This document shows, in pieces, positions 37,673 to 52,600 of a stretch of 64,000 bases of DNA. Position numbers and translations under genes: made by a program. The notes under the pieces are model-generated. The model saw only the letters and a program-made list of their open reading frames with translations, was not told the origin of the DNA and made no database searches. Source of the DNA: Botryllus schlosseri (taxonomy: Eukaryota); NCBI GenBank assembly GCA_051294905.1, contig CM119371.1, positions 7,566,001 through 7,630,000 on the forward strand, in the 5' to 3' direction. Positions within the stretch are counted from its first letter, which is position 1. Each line of letters starts with the position of its first letter.

Positions 37673-40600
37673 TCAAAGCTTAGCCACTCCTTTGTCAGCG
37701 ATACCGCTGGTGTCGGAGACACCTTTCTCGTCTACATGCTCCAGAACCCCGCAACGAAAAAATCGCCTCCACTTTACGGAAAGCCAAGGACCATCACAAA
37801 GAGGAGTAAAAAATCTTCCATCAAACTTCTCCAAGTCGGTTCCTCCTGAATTGAAAGGTTGAAAACAGATTGATATCAACGACTCACGAAGCACGAAATC
37901 GCAGGCTATTTTTCTGAATTTCAGTGCCTTTCATAAAGACGTCGGTATGTTGTTGAGTTCCATAGTTCCATAGTTCTGTAGTGACATAAACATATGCGAC
38001 CAATACCCAATACGAATCCAGTGTATTAAATTTTCACTCTCAATCTCTAATACCACCGAGAGTACATTCAGAAGTAATTCAGAGAGCACATAAACCTCAA
38101 TAGGCGACAGAGTATTGAGCAAGAGGTTAAAATACACAATACAACCACAAATGAAAATAATATTAATTAGGTACAAGCTACTACTTCAAAATGAATTGTT
38201 TCCGGCCTTGTTTTATCATCCCTATAATCATTTGTCTAATAGCGCGATTCAGTAACGACACTGCTGATTTCAATCATTCATCAAGCTGACTCGTGAAACA
38301 TATCATACGCATTTATACATTAACAGGCAATCATGGTAAAATTTTACTTTTCTGAAACAATCACCTTGGAGAATTCGGGTGATCATGGGACCTGGGTACG
38401 CGCTACAGGTTCTTTTCAATTTAATTACAAGTAGAATTAGAGATCTCCAAGTAAATAACAGAATGTATACCCCGCCTAATCTTGCCTAAACAATAAGTAC
38501 AAGTAGTTTAATTTCTTAAACCACTTCAGTAATTAGTGCAAAAGGGCAAAACCAATTTGGGTCACTGACCACTCCTTTATATCAATATATGTAATATTTT
38601 GATGGCGGTTTCAATCCCATGGTGTCCTGTTAACCGTGAAAGATCGATTTCTGTTGTATGAACATGGAGAAAGACTTCGAATATGGCCTCATCCACATAC
38701 CAAAGACGAGCCAGGAAACATTTGCTCCAAAAATCGAACACACTATGCCGAGCAATCCATACAGATACGGAGAGAGTGATCCGAGGAACTGCAACGCTGA
38801 TGAGCTGAAAAGATCAGAAAAAGGTTGATAGATAGTTACAATGGTAGGCCTACATATCGAGGACGGTAAATGTGGGTTAACAGAATTGTTATTTTAGAAC
38901 AGGTATGTCCGGCCCAGTGTCATGTTTTAGCCGCATGCCACAAACGTGGTTTTAAACAGCCGCAAAAATATACGAATGTATTCACTCACAATGAAGAATA
39001 AATAGGTTATCAAAGTCATATTGTCATGTGATGATAATGTGAGTGTTCACCTGGGTTCCAAGGTGTTTAAAATTAGGATACAACGTCAAAGCAGTCTGGA
39101 GCGTCCCTATAAGTTTTGGTTTATTAGAAATGATGGTTGAAATGGGCAATATTTCATAACAAAATGAAACTGCCTGATAATAGAGTAGCGTCAGCTTCCT
39201 GACCGGAAATTGCCTATTATTTATGATCGGCGTTTATTGAGCTTACTTCTCCGTAATTTCGACTAGGGTGGATAAAATTGTTGGGATAAATTTTGTCTTT
39301 AGCTTCGTATCGACGTTTTGTTTTATGTAATGGTTGAGCGAAGCTCGACTGATAAGCCACTTATGTCAACATCCATTTTGTAACAAAAGGTATATTATCC
39401 TTTTCGCTAGGGTACTCATATGTCCTTCTTTATGGGGACTTGTTATTGTTTTTCAATAAATCGAAAACATCCTCCGAGGACGGCCAAATGTCCTCATTTT
39501 TTCACAATTTGTCCTCCTTTATAGCTTGGAGAGCCTTGCGAATGCACAGAGAAAATTGAGAATAGCATAATATATGAAATCTGGATTTGGACAGCAAGGT
39601 CGACTAAAAAAGGTCAACATCGACCCATAATACGCCTACAATATAATTGTCATGATAGTATGCACTATTGTCTGCCTGTACCATGATAAATTATCATGTT
39701 GATTCATTACTATGATGCACCATTGTTCCATAAGATACGTTGATGTGAACTCGGCAACAGATTAATTTCTCAATTATGAGGCCGTATATATGGAATCGCG
39801 TAAATTTTCCAATTGTTATGTAAAAAGTAGAGTTGTACGTGGTTGCATTTGCGTGACATTTAGCAGTGAAATCCTCATAAAGGGGGACAATGTAGCCCAC
39901 GTATCTTGGTAACAAAATATCATTTCTCAAATTACATATGTATTCGTGATGCCATAAGCAATTCTGCGTTACTCGCAAAATGCATCTGGAAACACAACTC
40001 TGTGAAGACTTGTTCCAATCTACTTGAAAGAACTTAATCGAGGAAATTTTATACTTCTCGTTTTCTACGTCAACTTGAAGTATTTTTGGTTTGTCTTGAA
40101 AATCGGTTCATTTGTAAGCAAATAGAAATTTATAGTTGAGTATCATAAATAACTATACTTTCACCGCCGCATACAGTTACTGCGAATATGCAGCCGCTAT
40201 AATATTCGAAAATGAACTATCTATGATGAGGCACACTTACAACAGCATGACACACATATTGTTCTTCGCGCGGGGTCGATAATAATTTAACGTTATGTAG
40301 TGAGTTTTTTGCATGGTTCCCTGGGCAACAAATTACAAATTATTTTAATCATTATCGTCAGCATGAACGCGTATTGGATCCTATAAATATTGATTGCGGA
40401 TATCATCTGCGAGTATATGTGCGCGCGTTTTGTCGGTTTATAGGATTGGTCACTACCATTTCTGAACGGTCAGTAGTGGTCTTGGTCGGCGGTATTCGTA
40501 AACTATTTCTCTGGGGCTTAATTGAGTCGTGAGTATCACAGTTTCACTTCAATGAAGAAGTCGCATCTAACATCAAAATTCCAAATTGAAGGAGCAGGGC

Positions 40601-43600
40601 TGTAATGACTCGAGTCACGATTTTATGATGACTCGACTTGACTCGAATCAATCTGTGTATTGACTCGACTTGGACTCGAGTCATTGCGCATGACTCGAAC
40701 AAAGTCATATGAATCGAGACTCAGACGGCTATGACCGACATTTCATTGTCATTTCGAAGAATAGTAAAGTAACTGCACTATTGAGATTTCGTCTTTGGTG
40801 CTGGTACGTGAAAATGCGACCAGAAACTGCTAAAAATTAGAAAAATTAGTATATTATAAATGCGAACCATTCGACAATACCAAATAGAGTTATAAAAAGT
40901 AGATTTACCAAGACTTTGACTGAAAACTGCTCAGTCATCACAATGACTTGGACTCGACTCGAGTCATAATACCATGACTCGGACTCGAGCTTCCTCTCCC
41001 TGACTTGGACTCGGACTTGACTCGGGGGTGAATTGAAAATGACTCGTCTTGACTCGAGTCAAAACTATAAAATTGAGAATGACTTGTGACTCGGAGCCTT
41101 GTGACTTGGTTACAACCCTGTAAGGAGTAACCAATTCAGCTTCAAAACCCGTGGAAGAAAATTGTGTAAGAGTAAGCAGTGCGATTGTGAATATCTAAAT
41201 GAGCCATGTGATGAGAAGAAACGCCTCGTTCCTGACTACATAAGCTTTTATGAGGTGGAAAGCGCAGTCCCCTGCATGAAGCGCGTATTACGTCTAATAT
41301 GATATGACTACTTCATGTTTATATGACATTATCTATTGCCCATGAAAGATTCATGGGACAATTGAGCGAAAAGCTATACATAGACGACATAAAAAGTTCA
41401 AATCGAATGTGCTGCCTGATTTGCGTATCCCAGTGGTTCTATTTAGCTCCCAAAAAGAATTATTACAAATCTAACCTTTGTAGATCTTCAACAGTGCCGG
41501 TGATGGTGTACATGATAGGTTCCGACGTTGTAAATGAATGGTTGGACGCAGCTTGGAGACAATTCTCCACAGACGTTGGTAGTTCACTGGCGCTTTGCGA
41601 AGTCACCATTCCAGCTATTGCAAACAAGCCAACCCCGAGCATGCCAAATGCGAAACCAATTGAAACGCACTGATGTATTCAGGTCATTAATATGTGTATA
41701 TCATTAAAAAGTATTTCGTCGTGGATATTTAGCACGTAGCTTACCAGCGAATCTATCCAAGGCATGAACAGACCCATGGTGAAGACGCCCACGACTGGCC
41801 CCGCGAAAAATCCATATACGGCGATGGTTATTCCGACAACGTTTGTGGATGGGATTGACACGATATACGCGATCGTCATCACCAATGCGCCGAAAACGAC
41901 CGCTGGTCAATAGAAGATCACCAAATTAATAGCACCAAAATCTAGATGCACGAAACACTGATGAGTTGCCCGTAATTCTTTGTGGACTCATTCACGGTCC
42001 CGAGTTCGTAAATTCCATATGTGATCGAAGTAGTCAGCGTTGCTACTCATGTGGAAGTAAAATATTCAATAGGCCTACATGTTGAAAACTACTTGAAGTA
42101 GTAAAAGAAAGGGTTGAATAGTATTCAAGTAAGTAGTTCTATCCAACCGAAGGGAAGCGAAACATTTCTAAATATTACAGTTCTCTATTCAATATGCCAT
42201 ACACGGCGGCATTTGGTTGTTATAGAACAGTGGTTCTCCAACTTATTTAGACACGACACCCTTTACGAGAGTGTAAAAATTCGCGCCCCCTTATCATATC
42301 ACAAAATGCAACCAGCAGTATGATAGCATTCCCAACGGATAGTTTGATGACATGAAATGTCATGGATGTTTATGAGAGGATTCTCAAATATTACAATCGG
42401 ACTATGCACAGCGTATTATATCTGAATTGGGGTAAATTGCGCGAATGGCGAAACTTTTTTCAGATGATTTTACGCCCCCAATGAGGGCACACTCTGGAAT
42501 TAGGAAAAACTAAATGTTAGTATACTGACGATCTTACATGCATGAGTTTGTTTGAAAATAGACATACCTCAATTACATATATCTCTATATATTTCTAAAT
42601 ATGAAAAACACAAACAAAAATGCATAGGGTTGATCTGATAATATATACTAAGCAAGCTATACTTTCAAATTAATAGTAAACTTTATTTGTATATGATACA
42701 TTGTTTCTTTGTAGGTCGTAAATTAACACTTGCTAAGCCGCATAAGTCCAAAGCGTTGGTAATCTCCGACTAGTTATAATACTGTTCCTGGTAATAACGA
42801 ACAGGCAAATATTTATGATTACAAATTCTATCATGCTCCTTTGCTTCCAACTGGAGTTCATATCTATAGTCTCAACGCAAACCCGATCAAATTTTGAATG
42901 AATGCTATTCGGAATCCCTTACCCCGACCGATGTTACCAAATATCGAACTTCCTAGCATGGCCAAACTGAACAATGCATGCTTATTGCTAACCCATTCGG
43001 GCTCACAAAAACAAAATTACGTGAGCATTGTTCGGCAAGCGAATGGTATACAAATATTTCGAATCACTGAGCACCGTGATTATGTAAGCGGGCCGTAGAC
43101 TGCCGCAGCTCGTGGGGGGAGGGGGGAAGTAACTATATTTCCCAAAAAATAAATCCTTAATTATTTCGACTTTCAAAGCCAACATAATGAGGTATACGTT
43201 ATATAAGACCCACTTAAAACTTTCGAAAGAATCATTTGCTTCTTGTTCGACAGATTCGGTAGATGTGGTAAACAAAAGTCAATCAGGAATACGGCAGATA
43301 GTGAATTCAGTCCCGATGACACCGTACTGAAAATTATTAACAAGTCATCACTGATAAACTTTTACTTATTTGCACATCATTCTCATCGTCACCTCATAGT
43401 CCCACAAAAGGCTGCAGCTACGAACAATCCAGCCATGCCTGGTAAGTCACGGGAAACTTGTATCGCAAGCAAAGGCATCAGTTGATCTGGTTTGTTTATG
43501 ACCCCGGCATGTAACGGGTCACATCCCTCATAGTATGAAAACAGAACAAGCCCGGTAATCATCGCCATAAAACCAAAAAGACTGACCGGTACAATGCTCA

Positions 43601-46600
43601 ACAAAACCGCCCTGAAAGTTGGAGCGGCAGTTAGTAGAATAATAATCAAACCTATCTGACTTTAGCTGACGTATGAAGGTCACCAAACACTAAGCACACG
43701 ACTCACAGTACCGCATTCTCAATATTTATTGGACTAGGGCGGAAATGATGTTTCGACCATCATTTCTTTTCATTCATATTATAAAATTAAATGATATATA
43801 AAGGTCACTAAACACGATGCACACGACTCGCAGTACCTATCTTAATATTTATCGGAGCATGATGGAAATGATTTATTGGCCATTTTTGTAACTTTTCGAG
43901 CCATTTACTATCACTAGAGCAAAGTTGGAAAAGAGTAGGGTTGAGCCGGATTGAACTCAAAACTGAACAGTGAACACAATGACTTGGTCTCGGACTCGAG
44001 TCACTCACTCGGTGGTGCAATGGAAATGACTCGACTTGCCTCGAGTCAAAACTATAGAAGTGAGATTGACTTGTGACTCGGAACCTTGCGACATGGTTAC
44101 AACCCTTCTTAAAACCGGTGAAGAGCCACTGGTCGGTAGTAAATAAACCGAAAACTGGAGAGGACTTATAACTCACAGGAAGGAATGATTGTAACGGTGA
44201 AACAAGCACACTTACTTTCTGGACTTAGCGACTGACTTGCAGGACAACCAGCGTTGTATATAGATTTGGTTGCACAAGATTTCATAGCTTGCAATGGTGG
44301 CCCCACCGGCCATGCATGTCGTGGCTGAGCTCCGCACGGTCGGATCCATATTAAACCTTTAAGGACGTACGTGATGATTCAATATATATGCTCACGGAAA
44401 GATTAAGATTATGTTAAAGAAGTATTCAGTAGCGAAGTTACTTCTATTTCTTAGGAGTAATCAGGTAGGTTTGGCCTACATGCATAGGCGCCGAGTTACG
44501 GGGTGGCGGCCACCTCTTGCAAAATGTCTAAACGCCCGCCGTCTGCGCTGTCGCGTAAATGGCAACTATTTACCATTAACCGATACGCGCGTGAATAATT
44601 GAATACTCAGCTTCGTCGGCGGCGACGAACTGGTGCTTAAAATGCCCTAATAAAGTGTAATCTGTGATTAGTAATCACTAATCATACAATCGAAGCGACC
44701 TCGTTAACGGCGTCGATTTCGACACGCTTGCGCGGAGAAACATCATCATCTCCTCTATTGACCAGACGAATGAATTCACGTTCTTCTTCTCTCAATTAAG
44801 GTTGTATTTGCGCGCATATTAGTTTACAAAATAATTACTGATTTAGTTTTGTGACAGTATTTTTAATTGGAGCGCGAAATAGGAAAGTGTGTTCGTGTAT
44901 GCCAGCGTATAGGAAGTCATTCCTGCGCAAAGTGCGCATATTCCTAACTTTTATCGGGAAATGCAGCAATGCAGCTCAAATGTCGTTATATTGAGCAAAC
45001 AATTGTCGCGATGTCAGACTCGGAACCTCATTGTGATGTACGCAAGTTGAGGAGTTACTGATTAGATGCGCGCTTTCTCGTTTGCTATCATTTGTAAGCT
45101 ACTAATTCGTGTCTGCTTTATACATTCGTATTCCCTCGATGTCACTTATTGTCATTGTTTTATTTGTTATTAATACTGCGCATTGTGCAGTGCATGGCGT
45201 TGGACTACGCTGTCAAATATTGATGCAACAAGAGATTCTCTGTGGCGCAAATTCTGAATTTATTCGATTAGTTTGAGCGGGAACCTTCTATGCTCCAATA
45301 AACTTCATTGCTGGACGGACTCTATCGGGCGCAACCATATCGCGGATCAAATTTCAAACCATCGGGATTTGTATTCCCATTAACAAGGTTGCGGTATGCG
45401 CCCATATTGCTCTTGCTGCAATAACAACTTGATAATTAAAATCACTCCATTTCACGTTCAAATTAGACTAGCTGATCGGGACCTACGTAGGCCGTAGGCC
45501 CCGCGCAGATATTAACCAGCGCGTTGTCGGTATTAAAACATTACGTGCGTAGCCGGTGAGTTTCTCATTTGGGACTAAAAATTCCGTCCATATGAAATGT
45601 CAAATCACAATTCGTATTATCGATGATGCGTACTGCAAATTAGCGAGAATCATTTGCATGCGAAATGGGTCATCGATATCTCATGTGCACTATCATCGGT
45701 GATTTGATTTAGCGCGTCCCCATGCAGGCCTGCGACCGACCGCAAAAACACTTTCGCCAAACAGTAACAATCTCTGAGTGTAATATTGTTTATGTTTATG
45801 TATCGTTTTGATTTAACTTATGTCCGCGTCTGAACAAATTGTGCTCGTTGTCATGGTCGAATCTGGGTATTTAGGTATGACTAGCGCACCCTGTAGTTGT
45901 AATTATTGCAGGTTTGCGGCATGTCCGCGTTTAAAATATTTTGTGAACCATTTTGGTGATAAATATTCTCTAGGCGCAAAGTTGAACAGTGTTTTATTGT
46001 GTGCGTCTGGTAGTTGGAATCTATTCCAGTGCCCATAATATTAATCCAATTATGATTTGCGAACGTAAATCTTGAAATGCAGCAATGCAGTCAAAATCGA
46101 TGTTTTAATCAGCAACCAATTGTCGCCATGCCAGCTACTCAATACTAAGTAAAAACCCATTGTGTTGGCGGTAAGGGATAATTGCTGATTGGCCGCACGC
46201 GTTTGTAATCTTGTTTCTTGTCCGTCTTTCGTGTTCCGGAATTGTTGCGTCGTGTTACTGCTCAGTCAACCGATGAATGCCGAGCGCTCGGCATTCAATA
46301 ACCTAATTTCGCAATGACCTCAGCGTGAGATCGCGCCCCGTGCACAGACGAATCTCGCTAATTGGTTGCGGCTCCGCATAGCACTGATAATACGACATGT
46401 TGAATTGCAACTAAATATCAACATCAGAATGGTCATTTCGGAAGGACGGGGTTTTGCTTTTCAAAAGCAGGGGGTTTCGACACCCCTGCCTACGCGCCTG
46501 TCGCCCCCCCCCTTCAACAATAAAACTCGGCGCCTATGCCTCCATGTATTACTTACTCAAGTGCTCATTTGTACACTACTTCCACCTCTACATAAGAGTT

Positions 46601-49600
46601 TTTGAGGGAAAGCTTTATGCACTTTCAATTATCCAAAGTATAGAAGATGGTTTTGGTATAGGATTGCATCACTTGTGTGGGTGAAATAGTCATGACAACA
46701 GAGCGTAATCGCGTCTGTATCGCGTCAACTGAATATATTTTGGAATATTTCACCAATTTCTAGCTATTTATTCACGTGGAGCCACCATATCTTGAGATCC
46801 GGAAACGAGTTCACATTTTACGAGCTATGAAATTTACAATAGCGGACGATAAATGCAGAATCTGAACATATTTACGGGAAATACTATTGCGCTGATTAAA
46901 AAAGGCCACTCTTCCATCTCGACCCTCGAACCCCTCATGACGTTATAATCTGTTATGTTTGACCTTTTCCTAGTCGGCCTTTCGCCACAATCCACATTTC
47001 GCGTCATTTATGGCGTTTTTAGTTGTCCCTGTACAATAGGGCTCTTCAAAAATGACTTTTTTTTCTCAAATCGTACTGGCTACTTGATAAAATTGTTAGG
47101 TTACCTAATTTAAGCCTACACACCAAATTTGGCTCCATTCCGGCCAGTAACCGCTTTGCTACAGGAGAAGTAAGTTTCAATTTATTATATAAAAATAAAT
47201 AATGAAAAATTTGAAAATTTTCTGTTCACCCCATGAAAGTGTTAGGTGATCTATAGAAACGATGGTCACCAAATCTGGTTCAATTCCAACCAGTGGAAGC
47301 GGAGCTATTGCTGTCGAAAAATTTGGATTTGAATAAAATAGTATTTACGGTGACCGATTCTTTGTTTATTTATTATAGTTGTGCTCACCGTAAATACTAT
47401 TTTATTCAAATCCAAATTTTTCGACAGCAATAACTCCGCTTCCACTGGTTGGAATTGAACCAAATTTGGCGAGCATCGTTTCTATAGACAGCCTAACACT
47501 TTCATGGGGTGAAGGGAAAAATTTCAAATTTTTTATCATTTACTTTTACATAATAAATAGAAACTTTGTTCTCCTGTAGCAAAGCGGTTACTGGCTGGAA
47601 TTGAACCAAATTTGGTGTGTAGGGTTAAATTAGCTAACCTAACAATTTTATCAAGTAGCCAGTACGATTTGAGAAAAAAAGTCATTTTTGAAGAGCCCTA
47701 CTGTACAAGTGTGCAATCACCAGACTGTCATAGCCATAAAGGAGTAAATTTCGGCGTCCTCTGAATAGATTTTCGATTTACCGCGAAATGAGGGACAAAC
47801 CCTTCTATAGGAGGACGTATATTGTAACCCTAAGTCACGATGCCGCATCTTTTAATTCCAACTAGTTTCTAAATGTTTTCGATCACTCGTCCAAATCTGC
47901 TTTTTGAAATTACTTCAGTGCCTTTCAGAACTTCATGTTCTAATACATCTCGAAGTACTTTTACTGGTAATCGAGTTGAAATTGTGTACCAAGGCTGCTT
48001 ACTTTGACCACCTCTGGTGGTAAAGTAGCTTACTTTAGAAAGTTATTTCTTCCGCCGTCTGCCGTCGTCCTGCGCATTACTTCAAATCCACCGATCGACC
48101 ATAAAGCAGCTCCCAAGACAGAAATGACACCCGCAACCATCACCACACATTGTAGTGCGTCAGCCCATAGAACGGCTTTGATCCCACCCTGATAAGAAAT
48201 CGCTCGTAGGAAACATATGTACCTTGCACACGAGCTCAACTGTTGCTTACTATTGCCGTGTAAAACGTACATACAGCGCTTGTTAGAAGAATTGTCCAGG
48301 TCAGCTCTAGAGGAGTAACAGCGTTTAGCGCCAAAGCCGGTATGTAAATGGCGATTGCAAGGAACGAAGTCTGTGGAGATGGAAAAAGTTCTATAATCTA
48401 GTGTTAGTTGGTAAAGTTAAATTGACCATCGCTAATAAGTAAATTTATTACGCCGATTCTTACATATGAGGAAACCGGACTTGGACCGAGCTAATGACGC
48501 ACGCAAATATTTCCCAAGTGGGGAGAATTTGAAATCAGAGCAAATGACGTAACGTAGCGTATATGTTACGCAGAGATTATCAGGATCGATTTTTCAAATT
48601 CAAGCCCAGTTCAGAATTTAGGATTCATGTAAAAATAGATATCTTCTTTCGAATCATCAAGTAATTATTGGAATTTATCCAGGAATCGCATGAAAATTGG
48701 AAAATTCTCGGAATTTTACGTCCAAGTTCTAATCTAGCTTTCGAAAATCCATTTTTATTTCAAATCCGGACAACATCTTGTCGCGGATGCCAAAGTTTAT
48801 TAGTTTTGATATAAGAAAAGGTGCGCGGAATTGGCCTGGTAGTCAAAACATGAATCTGTTTGCAGTGTTACCAACACTCCTAAATGGCATTGGCATGGTT
48901 AAAAACGACAATATCACTATAAGCTCCATTCAAACAACAAACTGCAATAGTAGTATAGCGGTAGTAGTACAGAGTAGATGTATGTTGATATGTATGCTAT
49001 TTTAGGTACTTTCACAACACTCACGCCGGAAAATACACACAGCGTCATAAAGTAACATACCGTGCTGCAGATTCCAAGAACCGAAGCCGCGATTCGTACA
49101 TAGCGATGAAACCGCAGTTCAAGGTACTGCAAGAGGAATTGAACAGTGTGTCAGGAAATTTCCTGACGCTACCGCAATAATCAATCCTATTGACGGATCG
49201 AATAGTGAGCTAGTATTCTCGGAAACCAACAATTAGGACTAAAGTTTCATATGTCATATACATGCATACAACATGCTAAATCAACCCAAATTGCGAATAC
49301 AATCGGATGTATTTTTGCAAGGTAGACGAGCGACATGCATGTGTAGTGTGCACACTGCACATGTTCGCTTGAAAATTACTTTGATTACTACATGCATATT
49401 GCATACGCACAACTACGACACTCGATCTAATACGTTTTCTAACTTATTTATGAGGAAATCCGACTAAGCGTTTCCTTCCATGTAATTGCTGCGTGGAATA
49501 AATTGCGGCTGCGAACGAAAAGAGTTAGTTTTTCGTCATTTAAAGCGGAGTTCCTTGACATATTTCTGAATATATAATGACAGCATGTACTTCTCATTTA

Positions 49601-52600
49601 CTATTGCGTTCATAAGGTTGTTTGTATCAATTCACCAACAATGTTCTTTTTTCGTTTTTTTTTACATACCGCATTAACTAGTTAGCCCGAGTGTATATAT
49701 ATATATAAATAGTGGGTTATAATTGCTTGGCTCGGGCTTAACATGAGCTACCGTTTTAATTATACACTTATATTACAGTTTATGTTATCTTCGAAATTTA
49801 ATAGACACACTCAGTGGTCAGTAGCGACTAGCGACGTGTCACGACTCACGAGACGCTATACATGAAATAATATTTTCGATGCAACAGAAAAATGAATTGT
49901 CACTTATTGATAATTTTGAGTTCGCTTCTTCTGTAATTTGTCCAAGTTATAAACTTGGTATAAACCTCACAATCACAAAACATAATGTCGACTCGCAAAA
50001 AAGGTTATGTCCGAACTTGTAAGTTTCACCACGCCCATTCTTAGTATTGCTACCGGTGATCGTAAAGGCCTTTATCGGCGTTTCCGGTTTGTGCGCCACG
50101 AACACGAACACAGAATCAGGAAATGATAGCTAACCAATACATACTGAGCTAATGGGCTAAAAATTATTTCGTAAATCAACATAAATCTACAGGTATTTTT
50201 GGGAGATCTATTGGACTTGAAAATTTTCTTGGAAACCATTTGTTAGCCAACGTAAGTATAGATACATTGCACCGAAAGATATGAAAACACACAAATAAAA
50301 ATAGTAGGAGCCGTATGAAGCCACACCAAGAGAGTTTGCCAGGCCACCGGCCAATGTCTTATCATCGGAACCTCTCACCTGATACACACTGCTTATTTGA
50401 AGCCGATGAAATAACGGCACGTAATACAATACGGCCATGGTCGAGGTGATGTAAAATCCCACCATATACCAGGCGGACACCAATCCATGATAATACACTT
50501 CGGTCGGAAATCCTATCACTGTCAATGCCGACACAAAGGAGACTGCTATAGATATTGCCACCAGAACCTGCGTCAACAAGATTCAATAATAAAGTTGGTG
50601 TTCGTTGAAATACCCCAAGAAGACCGCATAGGCCTATTATGAACATAGGAACGAACGAAATGGAATCACGCTTCAAATATGCATGAATCAATCGATCCAA
50701 GAACATTGCACGTGGATATGACTTATCATTCCCGAACATTGCAAACAGATTTTGCGCTATAGCTTCAGTCAGCTATAACAACACACTGTCCACCGACAAA
50801 GCGGCATCAATTGACATGGAAGACCCGTTTCATCATCGAATCAATGAAGCTGCTAGGAGCAATTTGCATCTCATGCAATGAAACCGATTCAAGAAGCGAA
50901 GTTCAGCATGAGATGGGGCGCGCAACTTCACCGGTCGGCGGGCCGGATATGAGAAAATGAAGCACTTGGTGGGCTGAATTACAGAATATATACATTAATA
51001 GCGTATTTATCCACCTATAAAAGGGATAAATCATTTAAAATGTAAACCTAAAGTTCAAATCATGGATACCAAAAACAGTATTTAATGAATTTATGAACAG
51101 TAGCTGCTGAAGTCAATCAGGCATTTGTGGCCGGTCAGAGTTGTCAACAAGCTCTTTGAGCTCTGACTATATGTCCTATGTAGAAACTCTTAGTAAAGAC
51201 TGCACGTAAACATGAGTTATATTGAAACGCAGCCTTAAATGGTTAATGTTCATTTTCGAAATGTATGTAGGCCTACACCCAAGCAGAGCAAGTAGTTTCA
51301 TGCCCATCTTTCTCGGATTGGCAAACTTGGATTCATCCTGTGACGCATGAAATGTGTCACTACTTTCAGAATATAATATCACTTTCAGGGTCAAAACTCT
51401 CTTCGGATCGGACAAAATCCCTTCACGGGTCGGATCCTGACCCCCGACAGTATGTTGCCCGTCCCTGCCATATCGTATACGTCGGCTATATCGGGTGGAA
51501 ATTCTCGCAAATACGAGCTCATAAAACACGTGTTTTGTAAAGTATTTACACAATTATGGCCTAATTGTACAACTTATCACCAGTTTTATTAAAAGGCCTC
51601 TGCTTAAAACACTGTTTAAAACATGTTTTAACCAAAGTGTTTTAAACAACCCCTTGTTTCAAATGCAACCCGCATGACCATTTCGTCGCACTTTGTGCGC
51701 ATTATGCTGGTCGATTATTACGGACAGAAATGTCTTCCGATAATCATTCGTGGTCGCGTAAAACATGCTTTTCGATGCTGAGATATGACTAACGTAAGTT
51801 TGGAGGCAGCAACGGTATAAATAAAGAACTTAAACTATATTTTCCGTTGTCAACGTATTACTAGGCGTGACGGAGTATTAATATTATTATTATTATTAAT
51901 ATGGTTAAAAGTTGTAGTGGCGCTTATCTCCCTTAAGGGTCTGGTGCACCACGGTCCGAAGTTACCGACTGGTATAAGTACCCTTGCAATGTATTTCAAC
52001 CTCGTCTATATACGAATCAAATCTTAAAGGATTCGACGACACGACAGCACGAATTCAGCCACAGGGGTTAATAGCTCGGGCTGGACTAATAGGTTATAAG
52101 TCGTGAATGGGATGTCATGATTACGGCATGACTCAATGAGAAAGGACCGTTGAAAATCGTATCTTGCACAATTCAGTAGAAAGTGGTCGACAGTTTCGGT
52201 GATATTACTATGGAGACATAGCGGAGTATCTGAACATCCTATTTTGAACGAATGGGCGTTAAGCCTACAATGGCCGGAGCGCAGACGGAACATGATCACC
52301 TCGAATTGCCGACATGCATGCATTGACGGGAATTTATTTGAAATGCAACTATGGAAACGCTTATAATGCATCCCTTTATCTTCGCATGCGTACAGTTCCT
52401 GCCAGAGAGTTTGCAAATATTGGCGGACAAGTGACTTAGCTTCTCCGATGGTCATTGGTCACCTCAGGGACCTGACGATTCTGGCCAGACAAAGCCCCGG
52501 ATGTTGCTTCGCGGTCGGCGATCTCGTTGCCATGGATACCTTTGTGACTGGGAATCCATCCAAATTCTACCTCTATACCTCTTCCAGTAACCCGCTCAAG

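Noticed and set aside
38300..38630. Extra SLC5 exon candidates between exons 12 and 13
   Set aside because: Exon 12 (phase 1) splices in frame directly to 37845. The candidates either hit stops or have no family resemblance.
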